A stretch of DNA of 64,000 bases, from positions 1,150-65,149 of the forward strand of contig JANMZX010000050.1 in assembly GCA_031383745.1 (NCBI GenBank). The letters are read 5' to 3'. The position numbers and the translations under genes were made by a program. Position 1 is the first letter of the stretch; the number at the start of each line of letters is the position of its first letter. This document shows, in pieces, positions 21,186 through 32,276 of this stretch. This DNA is from Rhodoferax sp. (lineage in GTDB: Bacteria > Pseudomonadota > Gammaproteobacteria > Burkholderiales > Burkholderiaceae_C). The notes below the pieces were generated by a model. That model saw only the letters and a program-made list of their open reading frames with translations. It did not search any database and had not been told where the DNA came from.

Positions 21186-22259
21186 ATGAGCGGTACCTGG
21201 CGTCCCATCGGAGTCGCGGCCCTGCGCCTTGTGGTGGGGATGGGCGCTTGCCTGTTGCCGCTGCACCATGCCGTTGCCCAATCTGCAGCGCCGGTGCCAC
21301 AGGCGAGCGCATTGACAGGCGCGGTCGACGGAAAACACGGTGATCTGGGGATCGCCGAGTGGTTGACCAGGATGCACGAGGCGTCGCGCAAGCGGGCCTA
21401 CATCGGTACGTTCGTGGTGTCGGCCGGCTCGAACATGTCCAGCGCACGCATCTGGCACATCTGCGATGGCACGCAGCAGATGGAGCGGGTCGAATCACTG
21501 AACGGCGCCCCGCGGTCGACCTTTCGTCGCAACGACGAGGTGGTGACGTTCATGCCCGAGACCAAGACCGCCATCGCCGAACGGCGCGAGGCCCTGGGGC
21601 TGTTCCCGCAGCTGTTGGCGTCACCTGACTCGTCGATTGCGCAGTTTTACACGGCCAGGCAGACCGGTGTCGAGCGCGTCGCCGGATACGATGCGGAGGT
21701 GGTGCTGCTGCAGCCCAAGGACAACCTGCGTTTTGGTTACCGCATCTGGAACGAGAAAAAGAGTGGTCTGGTTGTCAAGCTGCAGACGCTGGATGTCGAC
21801 GGCAAGGTGGTCGAGCAGGTCGCGTTTTCCGAACTGCAGCTCAATGCGCCGGTCAGCATGACCAAACTGGCACAGATGATGGGCAACACCGAGGGCTACC
21901 GCATCGAGCGCCCGGAGGTGGTCAAGACGAGCGCTGCGGCCGAGGGTTGGCTGCTGAAGAACCCGGTGCCCGGATTCCGGTCGATGAGTTGCCATCGGCG
22001 GCCGGGTGCTTCGGGGGAGGCCGCGTCGGACAAGACCATGCAGTGGGTTTTTTCAGATGGTCTGGCATCGGTTTCGCTGTTCGTCGAGGCCTTCGACCGG
22101 CGCCGGCATGCCCAGGAAGGTGTGTCCGCCTCAGGTGCTACCCATACGCTGACGCGCAGGCTGGTGGACAAGAGCGGGGAATGGTGGCTGACCGTGGTGG
22201 GCGAGGCGCCGTTCCCGACACTGCAGGCGTTCTCCCAGGGCCTTGAGCGCGTCAAATAG
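21186..22259 (+). CDS. rseB: RseB/MucB periplasmic regulator
   Basis: Signal peptide, YIGTFVVS, RVAG, FSDGLASVSLFVE. Confidence 0.92.
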   Translation: MSGTWRPIGVAALRLVVGMGACLLPLHHAVAQSAAPVPQASALTGAVDGKHGDLGIAEWLTRMHEASRKRAYIGTFVVSAGSNMSSARIWHICDGTQQMERVESLNGAPRSTFRRNDEVVTFMPETKTAIAERREALGLFPQLLASPDSSIAQFYTARQTGVERVAGYDAEVVLLQPKDNLRFGYRIWNEKKSGLVVKLQTLDVDGKVVEQVAFSELQLNAPVSMTKLAQMMGNTEGYRIERPEVVKTSAAAEGWLLKNPVPGFRSMSCHRRPGASGEAASDKTMQWVFSDGLASVSLFVEAFDRRRHAQEGVSASGATHTLTRRLVDKSGEWWLTVVGEAPFPTLQAFSQGLERVK

Positions 22260-22365
22260 AGCCCCATGTAAGGCGGCATCGGGCCACGCCCAGGGCGGTC
22301 CGTTGCACCCGCTGGCAGTTCACAGGCATGGCAGTGACCATCCGTTTTATCAGGAGAGTTCGAAG

Positions 22366-23826
22366 ATGATTCAAGTCGAAGTGACCGCGGCGCGCCGCTG
22401 GCTGGCGATGATCGCCCTGGGCGTGTCGTGTGCCCTGGTTCCCGCCGGGCCGGCCGCCGCACAGGCTCGGGCGCTGCCCGACTTCACCGATCTGGTGGAG
22501 CAGGTAGGGCCCTCTGTTGTCAACATCCGCACGCTGGAGAAGGTGTCGGCCCGGGCGCGCCAGGGCGGTAGTCCAGACGAGGACATGCTGGAGTTCTTCC
22601 GTCGTTTTGGCGTGCCCATTCCCAACGTGCCGCGCCAGGCACCTCGCCCGAACCGTCCGCAGCCGCAGGAAGAAGAGCAACCGCGTGGCGTGGGCTCTGG
22701 TTTCATCCTGACTGCCGACGGGTTCATCATGACCAATGCCCATGTGGTCGATGGGGCCGACGAGGTGTTGGTCACGCTGACCGATGACCGGGAGTTCAAG
22801 GCGCGGATCATCGGTGCGGACAAGCGCACCGACGTCGCCGTGGTGAAGATCGATGCGACCGGGCTGCCGGCGGTCAAGGTCGGCGATGTCAACCGCCTGA
22901 AGGTCGGAGAATGGGTCATGGCCATCGGGTCGCCCTTTGGCCTGAAGAATACCGTCACCGCCGGAATCGTCAGCGCCAAGCAGCGCGACACCGGTGACTA
23001 CCTGCCGTTCATCCAGACCGACGTGGCGATCAACCCCGGCAATTCCGGGGGGCCATTGATCAACATGCGCGGGGAGGTGGTGGGCATCAACAGCCAGATC
23101 TATTCGCGCTCTGGCGGGTTCATGGGCATCTCGTTCGCGATTCCGATGGACGAGGCGATCCGGGTGAGCGAGCAACTCAGGACCTCGGGCCGCGTGTCGC
23201 GCGGTCGCATCGGAGTGCAGATCGATCAGGTCACCAAGGATGTGGCTGAGTCGATCGGCATGGGCAAGCCGACCGGTGCCCTGGTGCGCGGCGTCGAGTC
23301 GGGCTCGCCGGCCGACAAGGCGGGTGTCGAGGCCGGGGACATCATCGTGAAGTTTGATGGCAAGACGATCGAGAAGCACAGTGACCTGCCACGTCTGGTG
23401 GGTAGCATCAAGCCCGGATCCAAGAGTACGCTGACAGTGTTTCGCCGCGGCGGAACCAAGGACCTCAGTGTCACGATCGCCGAGGTGGAGCCGGACAAGG
23501 TGGCTCAGAAACCGGTGGATCGCGAAGACAAGCCGAAGCCGTCGGCCGCGGCCCAGGTGCTCGGCTTGACCGTGAGTGAACTGGGTGAGGCGCAGAAGAA
23601 GGAACTGAAGCTCAAGGGCGGCGTCAAGGTCGATGCTGCAACGGAGGCTGCTGCGCGGGCGGGGCTGCGTGAAGGAGATGTCATCGTTGCCATCGCCAAC
23701 GTCGAGGTGGCTGGCGTCAAGGAGTTCGATGCCGCGGTCGCGCGCATCGACCGCAGCAAACCCGTGAACGTCTTGTTTCGACGTGGCGATTGGGCCCAGT
23801 ACGCTGTGATCCGCTTGAGCAGGTAA
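22366..23826 (+). CDS. degP: DegP/DegQ (MucD-like) periplasmic serine protease
   Basis: LPDFTDLVE, TNAHVV, AINPGNSGGPL, two PDZ domains. Confidence 0.93.
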   Translation: MIQVEVTAARRWLAMIALGVSCALVPAGPAAAQARALPDFTDLVEQVGPSVVNIRTLEKVSARARQGGSPDEDMLEFFRRFGVPIPNVPRQAPRPNRPQPQEEEQPRGVGSGFILTADGFIMTNAHVVDGADEVLVTLTDDREFKARIIGADKRTDVAVVKIDATGLPAVKVGDVNRLKVGEWVMAIGSPFGLKNTVTAGIVSAKQRDTGDYLPFIQTDVAINPGNSGGPLINMRGEVVGINSQIYSRSGGFMGISFAIPMDEAIRVSEQLRTSGRVSRGRIGVQIDQVTKDVAESIGMGKPTGALVRGVESGSPADKAGVEAGDIIVKFDGKTIEKHSDLPRLVGSIKPGSKSTLTVFRRGGTKDLSVTIAEVEPDKVAQKPVDREDKPKPSAAAQVLGLTVSELGEAQKKELKLKGGVKVDAATEAAARAGLREGDVIVAIANVEVAGVKEFDAAVARIDRSKPVNVLFRRGDWAQYAVIRLSR

Positions 23827-24080
23827 CAGGGTCCGGCGACAGCCACGAGGTCACGCAAAGCCCGACCGTGCCGAGGGCCTTTGGACTGTTTTTCGCGCGC
23901 TGCCGGGGCTCCGCAAAAATATTTTTTCTGGCACGAAAATTTCTTTGCTTGTGGGCGCCTACTAACATGCGATGGAGCTAGCCTGTTGTTTGGTTAGAAT
24001 AAGGCCTGTTCAAGCGGTTTTCTCGACATATTGGTGGGCCAATAGTCCACGATGTGAGATGGGTTGGGTGGCATCCGACC

Positions 24081-24147
24081 TGATCCACAGTTCACCCACA
24101 AGTTGTCCATAGGCAAACTTTTCTTTCTGTTTATAACTTGTGGATAA
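24081..24147. promoter_or_regulatory. Cluster of five DnaA-box-like 9-mers
   Basis: Plus orientation: TGATCCACA 24081, TCACCCACA 24092, TTGTCCATA 24103. Opposite orientation: TGTTTATAA 24128 and perfect TGTGGATAA 24139. 11-bp period within each group. Confidence 0.7.
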
Positions 24148-24261
24148 CATTCTTGTTGTTGGCTTGCAACGCCTTGTAAATCGCGATCCCGGACTGTGTT
24201 TTTGGGCCTTTTTGCCTACAATGAAGTTCCAACTATCGCAGTTGCCAATGATTGTTGGTTC

Positions 24262-24293
24262 AGGGCGCGTCCGATCACGACGCGCCCTTTTTT
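24262..24293 (+). terminator. Intrinsic-terminator-shaped hairpin in the lepA leader
   Basis: AGGGCGCGTC/CGATCAC/GACGCGCCCT followed by a T run, ~45 nt before lepA. Confidence 0.7.
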
Positions 24294-24337
24294 CTTTCTG
24301 CGTACCTTTTAATTCAAACACTTAAGCGTTCTCGTTG

Positions 24338-26149
24338 ATGGATCACATCAGAAACTTCTCAATCATTGCGCACATCGATCACGGCAAATCGACCTTGGCA
24401 GACCGACTGATTCAACGCTGCGGAGGACTGGAGGCACGCGACATGGAGGCGCAGGTCCTCGACTCGATGGACATCGAAAAAGAGCGTGGGATAACCATCA
24501 AGGCACAGACCGCGGCGCTGCACTACAAGGCACTCGATGGCCGTGTCTACAACCTCAATCTGATCGACACGCCGGGGCATGTTGACTTCTCGTACGAGGT
24601 CAGCCGATCACTGTCTGCGTGCGAGGGCGCATTGCTCGTGGTCGACGCGAGCCAGGGTGTCGAGGCACAGACCGTGGCCAATTGCTACACCGCGCTCGAA
24701 CTGGGCGTCGAAGTGCTGCCGGTTCTCAACAAGATGGATCTGCCAAATGCCGACCCCGAGAACGCCCGACGCGAAATCGAAGACGTCATTGGCATCGATG
24801 CGACCGATGCGATTGCGTGTTCGGCCAAGACCGGTCTCGGTATCGACGAGATCCTCGAAGCGATCGTCGCGCGCATTCCGGCACCGAAGGGGAACGAGGC
24901 GGGCCCATTGCGGGCCATGATCATCGACAGCTGGTTCGACAACTACGTAGGTGTGGTGATGCTGGTGCGGGTTGTCGACGGGCGTGTTGTCAAGGGGGAG
25001 CGCATCAAGCTGATGGCCACCGGCGCCAGCTACAACGCCGACAGCCTGGGGGTCTTCACGCCGGCCAATGAGCCGCGAGAATCGCTGGAGGCTGGCGAGG
25101 TGGGCTACATCATCGCGGGTATCCGCGAACTGCAGGCCGCCAAGGTAGGGGACACGGTCACACTGATCCGGCCCGGTACCGGGGGCGCCGCCTTCTCCGC
25201 AAAGGAGGCTCTTCCGGGGTTCAAGGAGATCCAGCCGCAGGTGTTTGCCGGCCTGTACCCCACCGAGGCGAACCAGTACGAAGGCTTGCGCGACAGCCTG
25301 GAAAAGCTCAAGCTCAACGACTCCTCGCTGCACTATGAACCGGAGGTGTCCCAGGCGCTCGGCTTTGGCTTTCGCTGCGGTTTCCTCGGCCTGCTGCACA
25401 TGGAGATCGTCCAGGAGCGTCTGGAGCGCGAGTTCGACCAGGACCTGATCACCACGGCGCCCAGTGTGGTCTACCAGGTGGTCAAGGCCGACGGCGAGGT
25501 GATGATGGTCGAGAACCCCTCCAAGTTGCCGGACCAGAGCCGCACGGAGGAGATCCGCGAGCCCATCGTCACGGTGCGCCTGTACATGCCCCAGGAATAC
25601 GTGGGCGGTGTCATGACGCTGGCCAACCAGAAGCGTGGCATGCAGTTGAACATGGCCTACCACGGTCGCCAGGTGATGCTGACCTATGACATGCCGCTGG
25701 CCGAGATCGTGCTGGACTTCTTCGACAAGCTCAAGTCGGTGAGCCGTGGCTACGCGTCGATGGATTACGAGTTCAAGGAGTACCGTGCGGCGGATGTGGT
25801 GAAGGTCGACATCCTGCTCAACGGCGAGAAGGTCGACGCCTTGTCGATCATCGTTCACCGCACGCAATCGCAGTACCGTGCCAGGGCGGTGGTGTCCAAG
25901 ATGCGTGAGATCATTTCGCGCCAGATGTACGACGTAGCGATACAGGCTGCGATAGGGGCCAACATCATCGCGCGTGAGACAATCAAGGCGCTGCGAAAGA
26001 ACGTGCTCGCCAAGTGTTACGGCGGCGACATTTCGCGCAAGAAGAAGCTCCTCGAAAAACAAAAAGCCGGCAAGAAGAGAATGAAACAGATCGGATCCGT
26101 CGAGGTGCCGCAAGAGGCGTTCCTGGCCATTTTGCAGGTGGACGATTGA
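24338..26149 (+). CDS. lepA: Elongation factor 4
   Basis: [52 protein letters not shown]. Confidence 0.98.
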   Translation: MDHIRNFSIIAHIDHGKSTLADRLIQRCGGLEARDMEAQVLDSMDIEKERGITIKAQTAALHYKALDGRVYNLNLIDTPGHVDFSYEVSRSLSACEGALLVVDASQGVEAQTVANCYTALELGVEVLPVLNKMDLPNADPENARREIEDVIGIDATDAIACSAKTGLGIDEILEAIVARIPAPKGNEAGPLRAMIIDSWFDNYVGVVMLVRVVDGRVVKGERIKLMATGASYNADSLGVFTPANEPRESLEAGEVGYIIAGIRELQAAKVGDTVTLIRPGTGGAAFSAKEALPGFKEIQPQVFAGLYPTEANQYEGLRDSLEKLKLNDSSLHYEPEVSQALGFGFRCGFLGLLHMEIVQERLEREFDQDLITTAPSVVYQVVKADGEVMMVENPSKLPDQSRTEEIREPIVTVRLYMPQEYVGGVMTLANQKRGMQLNMAYHGRQVMLTYDMPLAEIVLDFFDKLKSVSRGYASMDYEFKEYRAADVVKVDILLNGEKVDALSIIVHRTQSQYRARAVVSKMREIISRQMYDVAIQAAIGANIIARETIKALRKNVLAKCYGGDISRKKKLLEKQKAGKKRMKQIGSVEVPQEAFLAILQVDD

Positions 26150-27114
26150 TGCAGGTGCTGACCTCCCTGATATTGGCGGCCTTTGCAGGCTACGCCGGCG
26201 CCTGGTACATGGGTCGCATCGATGGCAACTTCGCCCTGCTGCTCTTCATGGCTACGCTGGTCACCGGCCTGTACTGGCTGGGCGAGCGCTTTTACTTTCT
26301 TCCCAAGCGCAGGCAGGCCGCGGCGACGCTTGCCGCGGGTGTTGCGCAACGCCGTGCCGAACTCGACAAAATGGGTTTGCGCCAGGACGAGGACACCAGC
26401 GCCCAGGCGCGCCAGCAACTGCTGATGCAGCCCTGGTGGCTGGACTGGACCGCCGGGTTGTTCCCCGTGATCGCAGCCGTGTTCCTGCTGCGGTCGTTTC
26501 TGTTCGAACCGTTCAAGATTCCTTCCGGCTCGATGATCCCGACCTTGCTGGTGGGCGACCTGATCCTGGTGAACAAGTTCCACTATGGCGTGCGGCTCCC
26601 GGTGATCAACACCAAGCTGACCGACGGGACAGCTCCGCAGCGCGGTGACGTGATGGTGTTCAGGTATCCGCCCAAGCCCAGCCTGGACTACATCAAGCGG
26701 GTGGTGGGGACGCCAGGCGATGAGGTGGCGTACCTGAACAAGCGGTTGACGATCAACGGCAAGGCGGTCGAGACGAACGTGGTTCCCGAGTTCTTCGACG
26801 AGGACACGATGCGCTACATGCACCAGTTCGAGGAAAAACTCGCAGACAAGCCGCATCGCCTGCTCAACGATGACGATCGCCCGGCATTTGTGCCGGGTGC
26901 CGAGGACTTTCCCTACCGTGACAATTGCCGTTACAGTGTCGAGGGCGTGGTGTGCAAGGTGCCGCCGGGTCACTATTTCATGATGGGCGACAACCGGGAC
27001 AACTCCCTGGATTCCCGGTACTGGGGTTTTGTGCCAGACAAGAACATCGTCGGCAAGGCGGTATTCGTTTGGATGAATTTCGGCAATCTCAAGCGGATTG
27101 GGTCTTTCAATTGA
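26149..27114 (+). CDS. lepB: Signal peptidase I
   Basis: EPFKIPSGSMIPTL, DYIKRVVG, GDNRDNSLDSRYWG. Confidence 0.97.
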   Translation: MQVLTSLILAAFAGYAGAWYMGRIDGNFALLLFMATLVTGLYWLGERFYFLPKRRQAAATLAAGVAQRRAELDKMGLRQDEDTSAQARQQLLMQPWWLDWTAGLFPVIAAVFLLRSFLFEPFKIPSGSMIPTLLVGDLILVNKFHYGVRLPVINTKLTDGTAPQRGDVMVFRYPPKPSLDYIKRVVGTPGDEVAYLNKRLTINGKAVETNVVPEFFDEDTMRYMHQFEEKLADKPHRLLNDDDRPAFVPGAEDFPYRDNCRYSVEGVVCKVPPGHYFMMGDNRDNSLDSRYWGFVPDKNIVGKAVFVWMNFGNLKRIGSFN

Positions 27115-27142
27115 TCGTGAACACGTCGGCAAGGGGAACGCA

Positions 27143-27496
27143 ATGGCAACAATCATGAAGTCCAGGCAACGAGGCATATCCTTCATTGGCCTGCTGTTTG
27201 TGGGGGTTGTGGTGGCATCGGTTGGCGTCGTGGCGGCGCAGGTCTTTCCGACCTTTGTGGAGTACCAGGCCGTCATCAAGGCGGTCAACAAGGCTAGTGT
27301 CGGGACGACGGTCGCCGAGGTCAGGAGCCTCTTCGACAAGGTGGCCACCATCGACAACGTGTCGTCTATCAAGGGCAGCGATCTCGAGGTGACGAAGGAA
27401 AACGACAAGATCGTCGTGATATTTGCCTACCAGCGTGAGATCCATCTCTTCGGCCCCGCCTTTCTGACCCTCAAATACGCCGGGCGCTCCAAATAG
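27143..27496 (+). CDS. DUF4845 family pilin-like protein
   Basis: RQRGISFIGLL (type IV pilin-like N-terminus); usual position between lepB and rnc. Confidence 0.8.
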   Translation: MATIMKSRQRGISFIGLLFVGVVVASVGVVAAQVFPTFVEYQAVIKAVNKASVGTTVAEVRSLFDKVATIDNVSSIKGSDLEVTKENDKIVVIFAYQREIHLFGPAFLTLKYAGRSK

Positions 27497-27497
27497 C

Positions 27498-28184
27498 GTG
27501 GACGATGGTCTGTTGGCATTGCAGCGGCGTTTGCAGCATCCCTTCGCAAATGCGGATTACCTCCACCGGGCGCTGACGCACCGCAGTTTTTCGTCCGATC
27601 ACAACGAGCGCCTGGAGTTTCTGGGCGACGCGGTATTGAACCTGTCGGTGGCAGACCTTCTTTTCGAACGCCTGAACCAGTTGCCCGAGGGGGATTTGTC
27701 GCGCGTGCGCGCCAACCTGGTCAAGCAAGACACGCTGCACCAGTTGTCGGTCGAACTCGGGCTGCCTGCACTGATACGGCTGGGCGAGGGCGAAATGCGC
27801 TCGGGCGGCAAGAAGCGCCCATCCATCCTCGCCGACGCCCTGGAGGCGGTCATCGGTGCGGTATATCTGGACGGCGGATATGCTGCGGCGCAAGCGCTGG
27901 TGCGCCGCTTGTTCAGCACGATCGAGATCAATCCCACAATGGCAGCCATCGGCAAGGACCCCAAGACCGAGTTGCAGGAGTGGCTGCAGGGGCGCAAGAT
28001 GCGTCTGCCCCTGTACCGGGTTGTCGGTACGCTTGGCGCCGCCCACCAGCAGTCGTTCGATGTGGAGTGCGAGATCGTGGAAATGAACCTCTCCGAGCGC
28101 GGGATCGGCGGCTCGCGGCGCGCTGGTGAGCAGGCGGCAGCGGCGGCCATGTTGCAGACACTTCGCAAAGGTACCCCACCATGA
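27498..28184 (+). CDS. rnc: Ribonuclease III
   Basis: [22 protein letters not shown], dsRBD ([11 protein letters not shown]). Confidence 0.98.
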   Translation: MDDGLLALQRRLQHPFANADYLHRALTHRSFSSDHNERLEFLGDAVLNLSVADLLFERLNQLPEGDLSRVRANLVKQDTLHQLSVELGLPALIRLGEGEMRSGGKKRPSILADALEAVIGAVYLDGGYAAAQALVRRLFSTIEINPTMAAIGKDPKTELQEWLQGRKMRLPLYRVVGTLGAAHQQSFDVECEIVEMNLSERGIGGSRRAGEQAAAAAMLQTLRKGTPP

Positions 28185-29173
28185 CATCCCGACCACCGCT
28201 GCCCGCCTCCGAGGAGGCGTCCGACGCCCCGGCAACCAGTGACGCAGAGGTGGCCCGGCCGCTGGCGGGTGGCCCGACGCGTTGCGGCCTGATTGCGATT
28301 GTTGGCAAGCCCAACGTCGGCAAGTCGACCTTGCTCAACGCCCTGGTCGGGCAGAAGATCAGCATCACGTCACGCAAGGCCCAGACCACGCGCCATCGGA
28401 TCACCGGCATGCGCACGGTGGAGGCCAGCCAGTTCGTGTTTGTCGACACGCCGGGGTTCCAGACCCGCCACGGCAACGCCCTCAACCGGTCGCTGAACAA
28501 GTCGGTGCTGGGGGTCGTCAAGGATGTCGACCTCGTCCTGTTCGTGGTGGAGGCGGGCGTCTTCAACCAGGCCGATGCCAAGGTGCTGGAACTGCTGAGC
28601 CAGGAGGTTCCCGCCCTGTTGATCGCCAACAAGCTCGACCAGGTGGAACAGCGTGCGGACATCGCACCTTGGCTGCAGGAGATGCAGCAGCGCCATGCGT
28701 TCGCGGAATTCGTGCCGATGTCGGCCAAGAACGCGAAGGATGTGGCGCGGCTGTTCACGATCTGCGAAAGATTCCTCCCGCAGCAGCCCTGGTTCTATGC
28801 GCAGGACGAACTCACCGACCGCAGCGAGAAGTTCCTGGCCGGCGAGCTGGTGCGGGAAAAGCTGTTCCGGCTGACGGGTGATGAGTTGCCCTACACCTCC
28901 ACCGTCGTCATGGACAAGTTCGAGGAGGAGCCCCCAGCCCGCAAGGGGCAGAAGCGCCTACTCCGGATCGCCGCGACCATCGTGGTGGAACGCGACAGCC
29001 ACAAGGCCATGGTGATCGGTGACAAGGGCGAGCGCATCAAGCGCATCGGGACAGAGACACGCGTCGAACTTGAAAAACTGACGGACGCCAAGGTGTTCAT
29101 CGAACTCTGGGTCAAGGTCCGCTCTGGATGGGCGGATGACGAGGCACGGGTGCGCAGTTTTGGCTACGACTGA
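28181..29173 (+). CDS. era: GTPase Era
   Basis: [20 protein letters not shown] domain [10 protein letters not shown]. Confidence 0.98.
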   Translation: MTSRPPLPASEEASDAPATSDAEVARPLAGGPTRCGLIAIVGKPNVGKSTLLNALVGQKISITSRKAQTTRHRITGMRTVEASQFVFVDTPGFQTRHGNALNRSLNKSVLGVVKDVDLVLFVVEAGVFNQADAKVLELLSQEVPALLIANKLDQVEQRADIAPWLQEMQQRHAFAEFVPMSAKNAKDVARLFTICERFLPQQPWFYAQDELTDRSEKFLAGELVREKLFRLTGDELPYTSTVVMDKFEEEPPARKGQKRLLRIAATIVVERDSHKAMVIGDKGERIKRIGTETRVELEKLTDAKVFIELWVKVRSGWADDEARVRSFGYD

Positions 29174-29188
29174 ATCCGGCGTCCCGCG

Positions 29189-29938
29189 GTGGCCACCAAA
29201 CGCGTTTCCGACGAGCCCGCCTATGTGCTGCACCGCCACGACTGGAGCGAGTCCAGTCTGATTCTGGAAGTGTTCACCCGCAATTACGGCCGTATTGCGC
29301 TGGTGGCCAAGGGCGCGAAGCGCCCGAGTTCCAGCCTGCGCCCCATCCTGCTCCCGATGCAACCGCTGCATGTGGCATTTGGTGGTGACGCGGAGATCCG
29401 CACGCTGCGCAGCGCCGAATGGATGGGGGGGCATGTGATGCCCGGTGGCGAGGCCCTGCTGTCGGGTTATTACCTGAACGAACTGGTGCTGGCCCTGCTG
29501 GCGCGCGACGATCCGCACGCCCGGCTGTTCGACATCTATGCCCAGGTGGTCGAGGTCATCGCCTCCGGCCATGCGCAAGCTCTGCAGACTGTCTTGCGCG
29601 CGTTCGAACTGCTGCTGTTGCGCGAGACCGGCCACTTGCCGATGCTCGACGCCCAGACGATGACCCTCAACCCGCTCGCACCCCAGGCGCGCTACGCGCT
29701 GGTGTCTGAGGGGGGGTTGCGCCGGGCCGGCGATACAGACCGGCACAGCCTGGCGGGCCATGAATGGCTGGCCCTGCAACTTGCCCTGGACGAGCCGTCC
29801 GGCCTGGGCGCCACCGTGCGCGCATGCAGCACGGTGGTCAACGAACTCAAACCGCAGTTGCGCGCATTGCTCAACTACCATTGCGGGGTGACCACCCTGC
29901 GTACGCGGCAAATGATGCTGGATCTGCAATCCCTATGA
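29189..29938 (+). CDS. recO: DNA repair protein RecO
   Basis: [27 protein letters not shown]; follows era. Confidence 0.95.
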   Translation: MATKRVSDEPAYVLHRHDWSESSLILEVFTRNYGRIALVAKGAKRPSSSLRPILLPMQPLHVAFGGDAEIRTLRSAEWMGGHVMPGGEALLSGYYLNELVLALLARDDPHARLFDIYAQVVEVIASGHAQALQTVLRAFELLLLRETGHLPMLDAQTMTLNPLAPQARYALVSEGGLRRAGDTDRHSLAGHEWLALQLALDEPSGLGATVRACSTVVNELKPQLRALLNYHCGVTTLRTRQMMLDLQSL

Positions 29939-30693
29939 ACACTGCCGTCTTGTCTGTGAACCTGAACAAGGTCGCGCTGGTGCGCAACACCCGTCACCTG
30001 GGCATTCCCTCGGTGGTGCGTGCCGCAGAGATCTGCCTGCGCGCGGGCGCCCATGGAATCACGGTGCACCCGCGTCCGGACCAGCGCCATATCCGCACCG
30101 GGGATGTGGCTGAACTGTCCGCCACCCTCGCGGCCTGGCCGGGCCGCGAGTTCAACATCGAAGGCAATCCATTCCAGAACCTGATGCAGTTCGTGCGGGA
30201 CCTGCGTCCTGCGCAATGCACGCTGGTGCCCGACGGCGAAGGCCAGTTCACCAGCGACCATGGGTGGGACCTGGTGAAGGATGGCGCGCGACTCAAGCCA
30301 CTGGTCGCCGAAGCGCGGCAGTTGGGCGTGCGGGTGAGCCTGTTCATGGATCCGGATCCTGACGCAATGGCCATGGCCCGCGAGATCGGCGCAGACCGGG
30401 TCGAGCTCTACACCGAACCCTATGCGCAGGCGTGGGGTGGTCCGCAACAGGCCTACCAGACGGATCGCTATGCCCGTGCCGCGCGCGCGGCACGTGACGC
30501 CGGTCTGGGGGTCAATGCCGGGCACGACCTGAACCGCGACAACCTGACGTGGTTCCTCAGGCACGTGGCGCAGGTCAGTGAGGTGTCGATCGGCCATGCC
30601 CTGATTTCGGATGCGCTGGAGCTGGGATATGCGGCAACTGTCGCGGCGTACCTGCGGTGCATCGAGGATGCACCGCCTGGCGCTTCACACTAG
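29935..30693 (+). CDS. pdxJ: Pyridoxine 5'-phosphate synthase
   Basis: [36 protein letters not shown]. Confidence 0.96.
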   Translation: MNTAVLSVNLNKVALVRNTRHLGIPSVVRAAEICLRAGAHGITVHPRPDQRHIRTGDVAELSATLAAWPGREFNIEGNPFQNLMQFVRDLRPAQCTLVPDGEGQFTSDHGWDLVKDGARLKPLVAEARQLGVRVSLFMDPDPDAMAMAREIGADRVELYTEPYAQAWGGPQQAYQTDRYARAARAARDAGLGVNAGHDLNRDNLTWFLRHVAQVSEVSIGHALISDALELGYAATVAAYLRCIEDAPPGASH

Positions 30694-30703
30694 CCGGTGC
30701 GCC

Positions 30704-31114
30704 ATGATCTACGGCATCGGGACCGACATCTGCGATATCCGTCGCATTCGCGCCAGCCTGGAGCGCCATGGGGAGCGCTTCGCCCAGAAGATCCTGAGCG
30801 ACCGGGAACTGCTGGTCTGGCAGGCGCGTGGCGCGCGCTGGCCCGAGCGTGGCGTGCGCTACCTGGCGACGCGCTTCAGCGCCAAGGAGGCGTTCAGCAA
30901 GGCCGTCGGGCTGGGCATGCGCATGCCGATGACCTGGCGCTTGTGCGAGATCGGCACCATCCAGGCAGGACAGCCGCAGGCCGGCAAACCCTGCATCGTC
31001 CTGCATGGCGGGTTGAAGCAATGGTTCGACGCGCAGGGCCTGCGGGCCCATGTGAGCGTGACCGATGAAACCGATTACGCCGCCAGTTTCTGTGTTGTCG
31101 AGACGTCGGATTGA
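30704..31114 (+). CDS. acpS: Holo-ACP synthase
   Basis: [27 protein letters not shown]. Confidence 0.96.
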   Translation: MIYGIGTDICDIRRIRASLERHGERFAQKILSDRELLVWQARGARWPERGVRYLATRFSAKEAFSKAVGLGMRMPMTWRLCEIGTIQAGQPQAGKPCIVLHGGLKQWFDAQGLRAHVSVTDETDYAASFCVVETSD

Positions 31115-31159
31115 CAGCCCGCGACGCGACCCGTTTTCAGCCATCCAGACCGACCTGCC

Positions 31160-32263
31160 ATGCCATTTCCTGACGATTTCGATATTCCCCATGCGCCCCT
31201 GATCATCGATGTGGCCGGCCTGGCCCTGACCGCTGCGGACCGGCAGCGCCTTGGCCACCCCCTGGTTGGCGGGCTGATATTGTTTGGCCGCAATTGGCGG
31301 GATCGCGAGCAGCTGTGCGCCCTGTGCGCGGAAATCAAATCAGTTCGACCGGATCTGCTGATTCTGGTCGACCATGAGGGAGGCAGGGTCCAGCGCTTTC
31401 GAACCGATGGGTTCACCCACCTGCCGGCAATGGGTGTGCTGGGACAACTGTGGGTGGATGCAGTAGCAGGTGATGCCAAGGCCAGCGCCTTGCGGGCGAC
31501 GGCGGCCGCGACCGCCTGCGGATTCATTCTGGGCGCAGAATTGCGCGCCTGCGGCGTGGACCTGACGTTTGCGCCGGTGCTGGATCTCGATTACGGCGCC
31601 AGTGGCGTCATCGGCGACCGGGCGTTTGCCCGAGACCCGGCGGTGGTGGCCCTGCTTGCCAAGAGCCTGGTGCATGGCTTGCTTCAAAGCGGCATGTCGA
31701 ATTGCGGCAAGCACTTTCCCGGGCACGGTTTCGTCAAGGCGGATTCACACACCGAAATTCCGCGCGACCGGCGCGGCCTGCGCGCCATCCTCGCGCAGGA
31801 TGCCTCCCCCTATGCGTGGCTCGCAACATCCCTGTCCAGCGTGATGCCGGCACATGTGGTCTACCCGGCGGTGGACAGTCGTCCGGCTGGCTTCTCCGCC
31901 AGATGGCTCAAGGACATCCTGCGCGCGCGGCTGGGTTTTTGCGGCGCCATCTTCAGCGACGACCTGAGCATGGCCGGCGCCCGCGTCATCGACGGCCGGG
32001 TCGTGGAATACAGCGAGGCGGCGGTCGCGGCGCTCGAGGCCGGGTGCGACATGGTGCTGCTGTGCAACCAAAGTGTGGACGACGGGCGCGCGATCGATAC
32101 CCTGATCCAGGGCCTTGAAGCGGCCCGCAGGCGCGGCGAGTGGCAGCCTGACCAGGCCAGCGCGGCGCGGCGCCTGAAGCTGCTGCCCAGCGGCCCGGCG
32201 CTGGGCTGGGACGACCTGATGGTTGACGCGCACTACATGCGGGCGCTGGACCTGATTCCCTGA
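31160..32263 (+). CDS. nagZ: Beta-N-acetylhexosaminidase (GH3)
   Basis: DHEGGRVQR, KHFPGHG, DSH, SDDLSM. Confidence 0.96.
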   Translation: MPFPDDFDIPHAPLIIDVAGLALTAADRQRLGHPLVGGLILFGRNWRDREQLCALCAEIKSVRPDLLILVDHEGGRVQRFRTDGFTHLPAMGVLGQLWVDAVAGDAKASALRATAAATACGFILGAELRACGVDLTFAPVLDLDYGASGVIGDRAFARDPAVVALLAKSLVHGLLQSGMSNCGKHFPGHGFVKADSHTEIPRDRRGLRAILAQDASPYAWLATSLSSVMPAHVVYPAVDSRPAGFSARWLKDILRARLGFCGAIFSDDLSMAGARVIDGRVVEYSEAAVAALEAGCDMVLLCNQSVDDGRAIDTLIQGLEAARRRGEWQPDQASAARRLKLLPSGPALGWDDLMVDAHYMRALDLIP

Positions 32264-32276
32264 GCCCAAGCCCGGT

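Noticed and set aside
23827-24337. Calling the DnaA-box cluster oriC
   Set aside because: Only one perfect box, few GATC sites, no visible DnaA-trio or 13-mer unwinding repeats, and no dnaA/gidA nearby. GC skew cannot be assessed here. Kept as a DnaA-array finding only.
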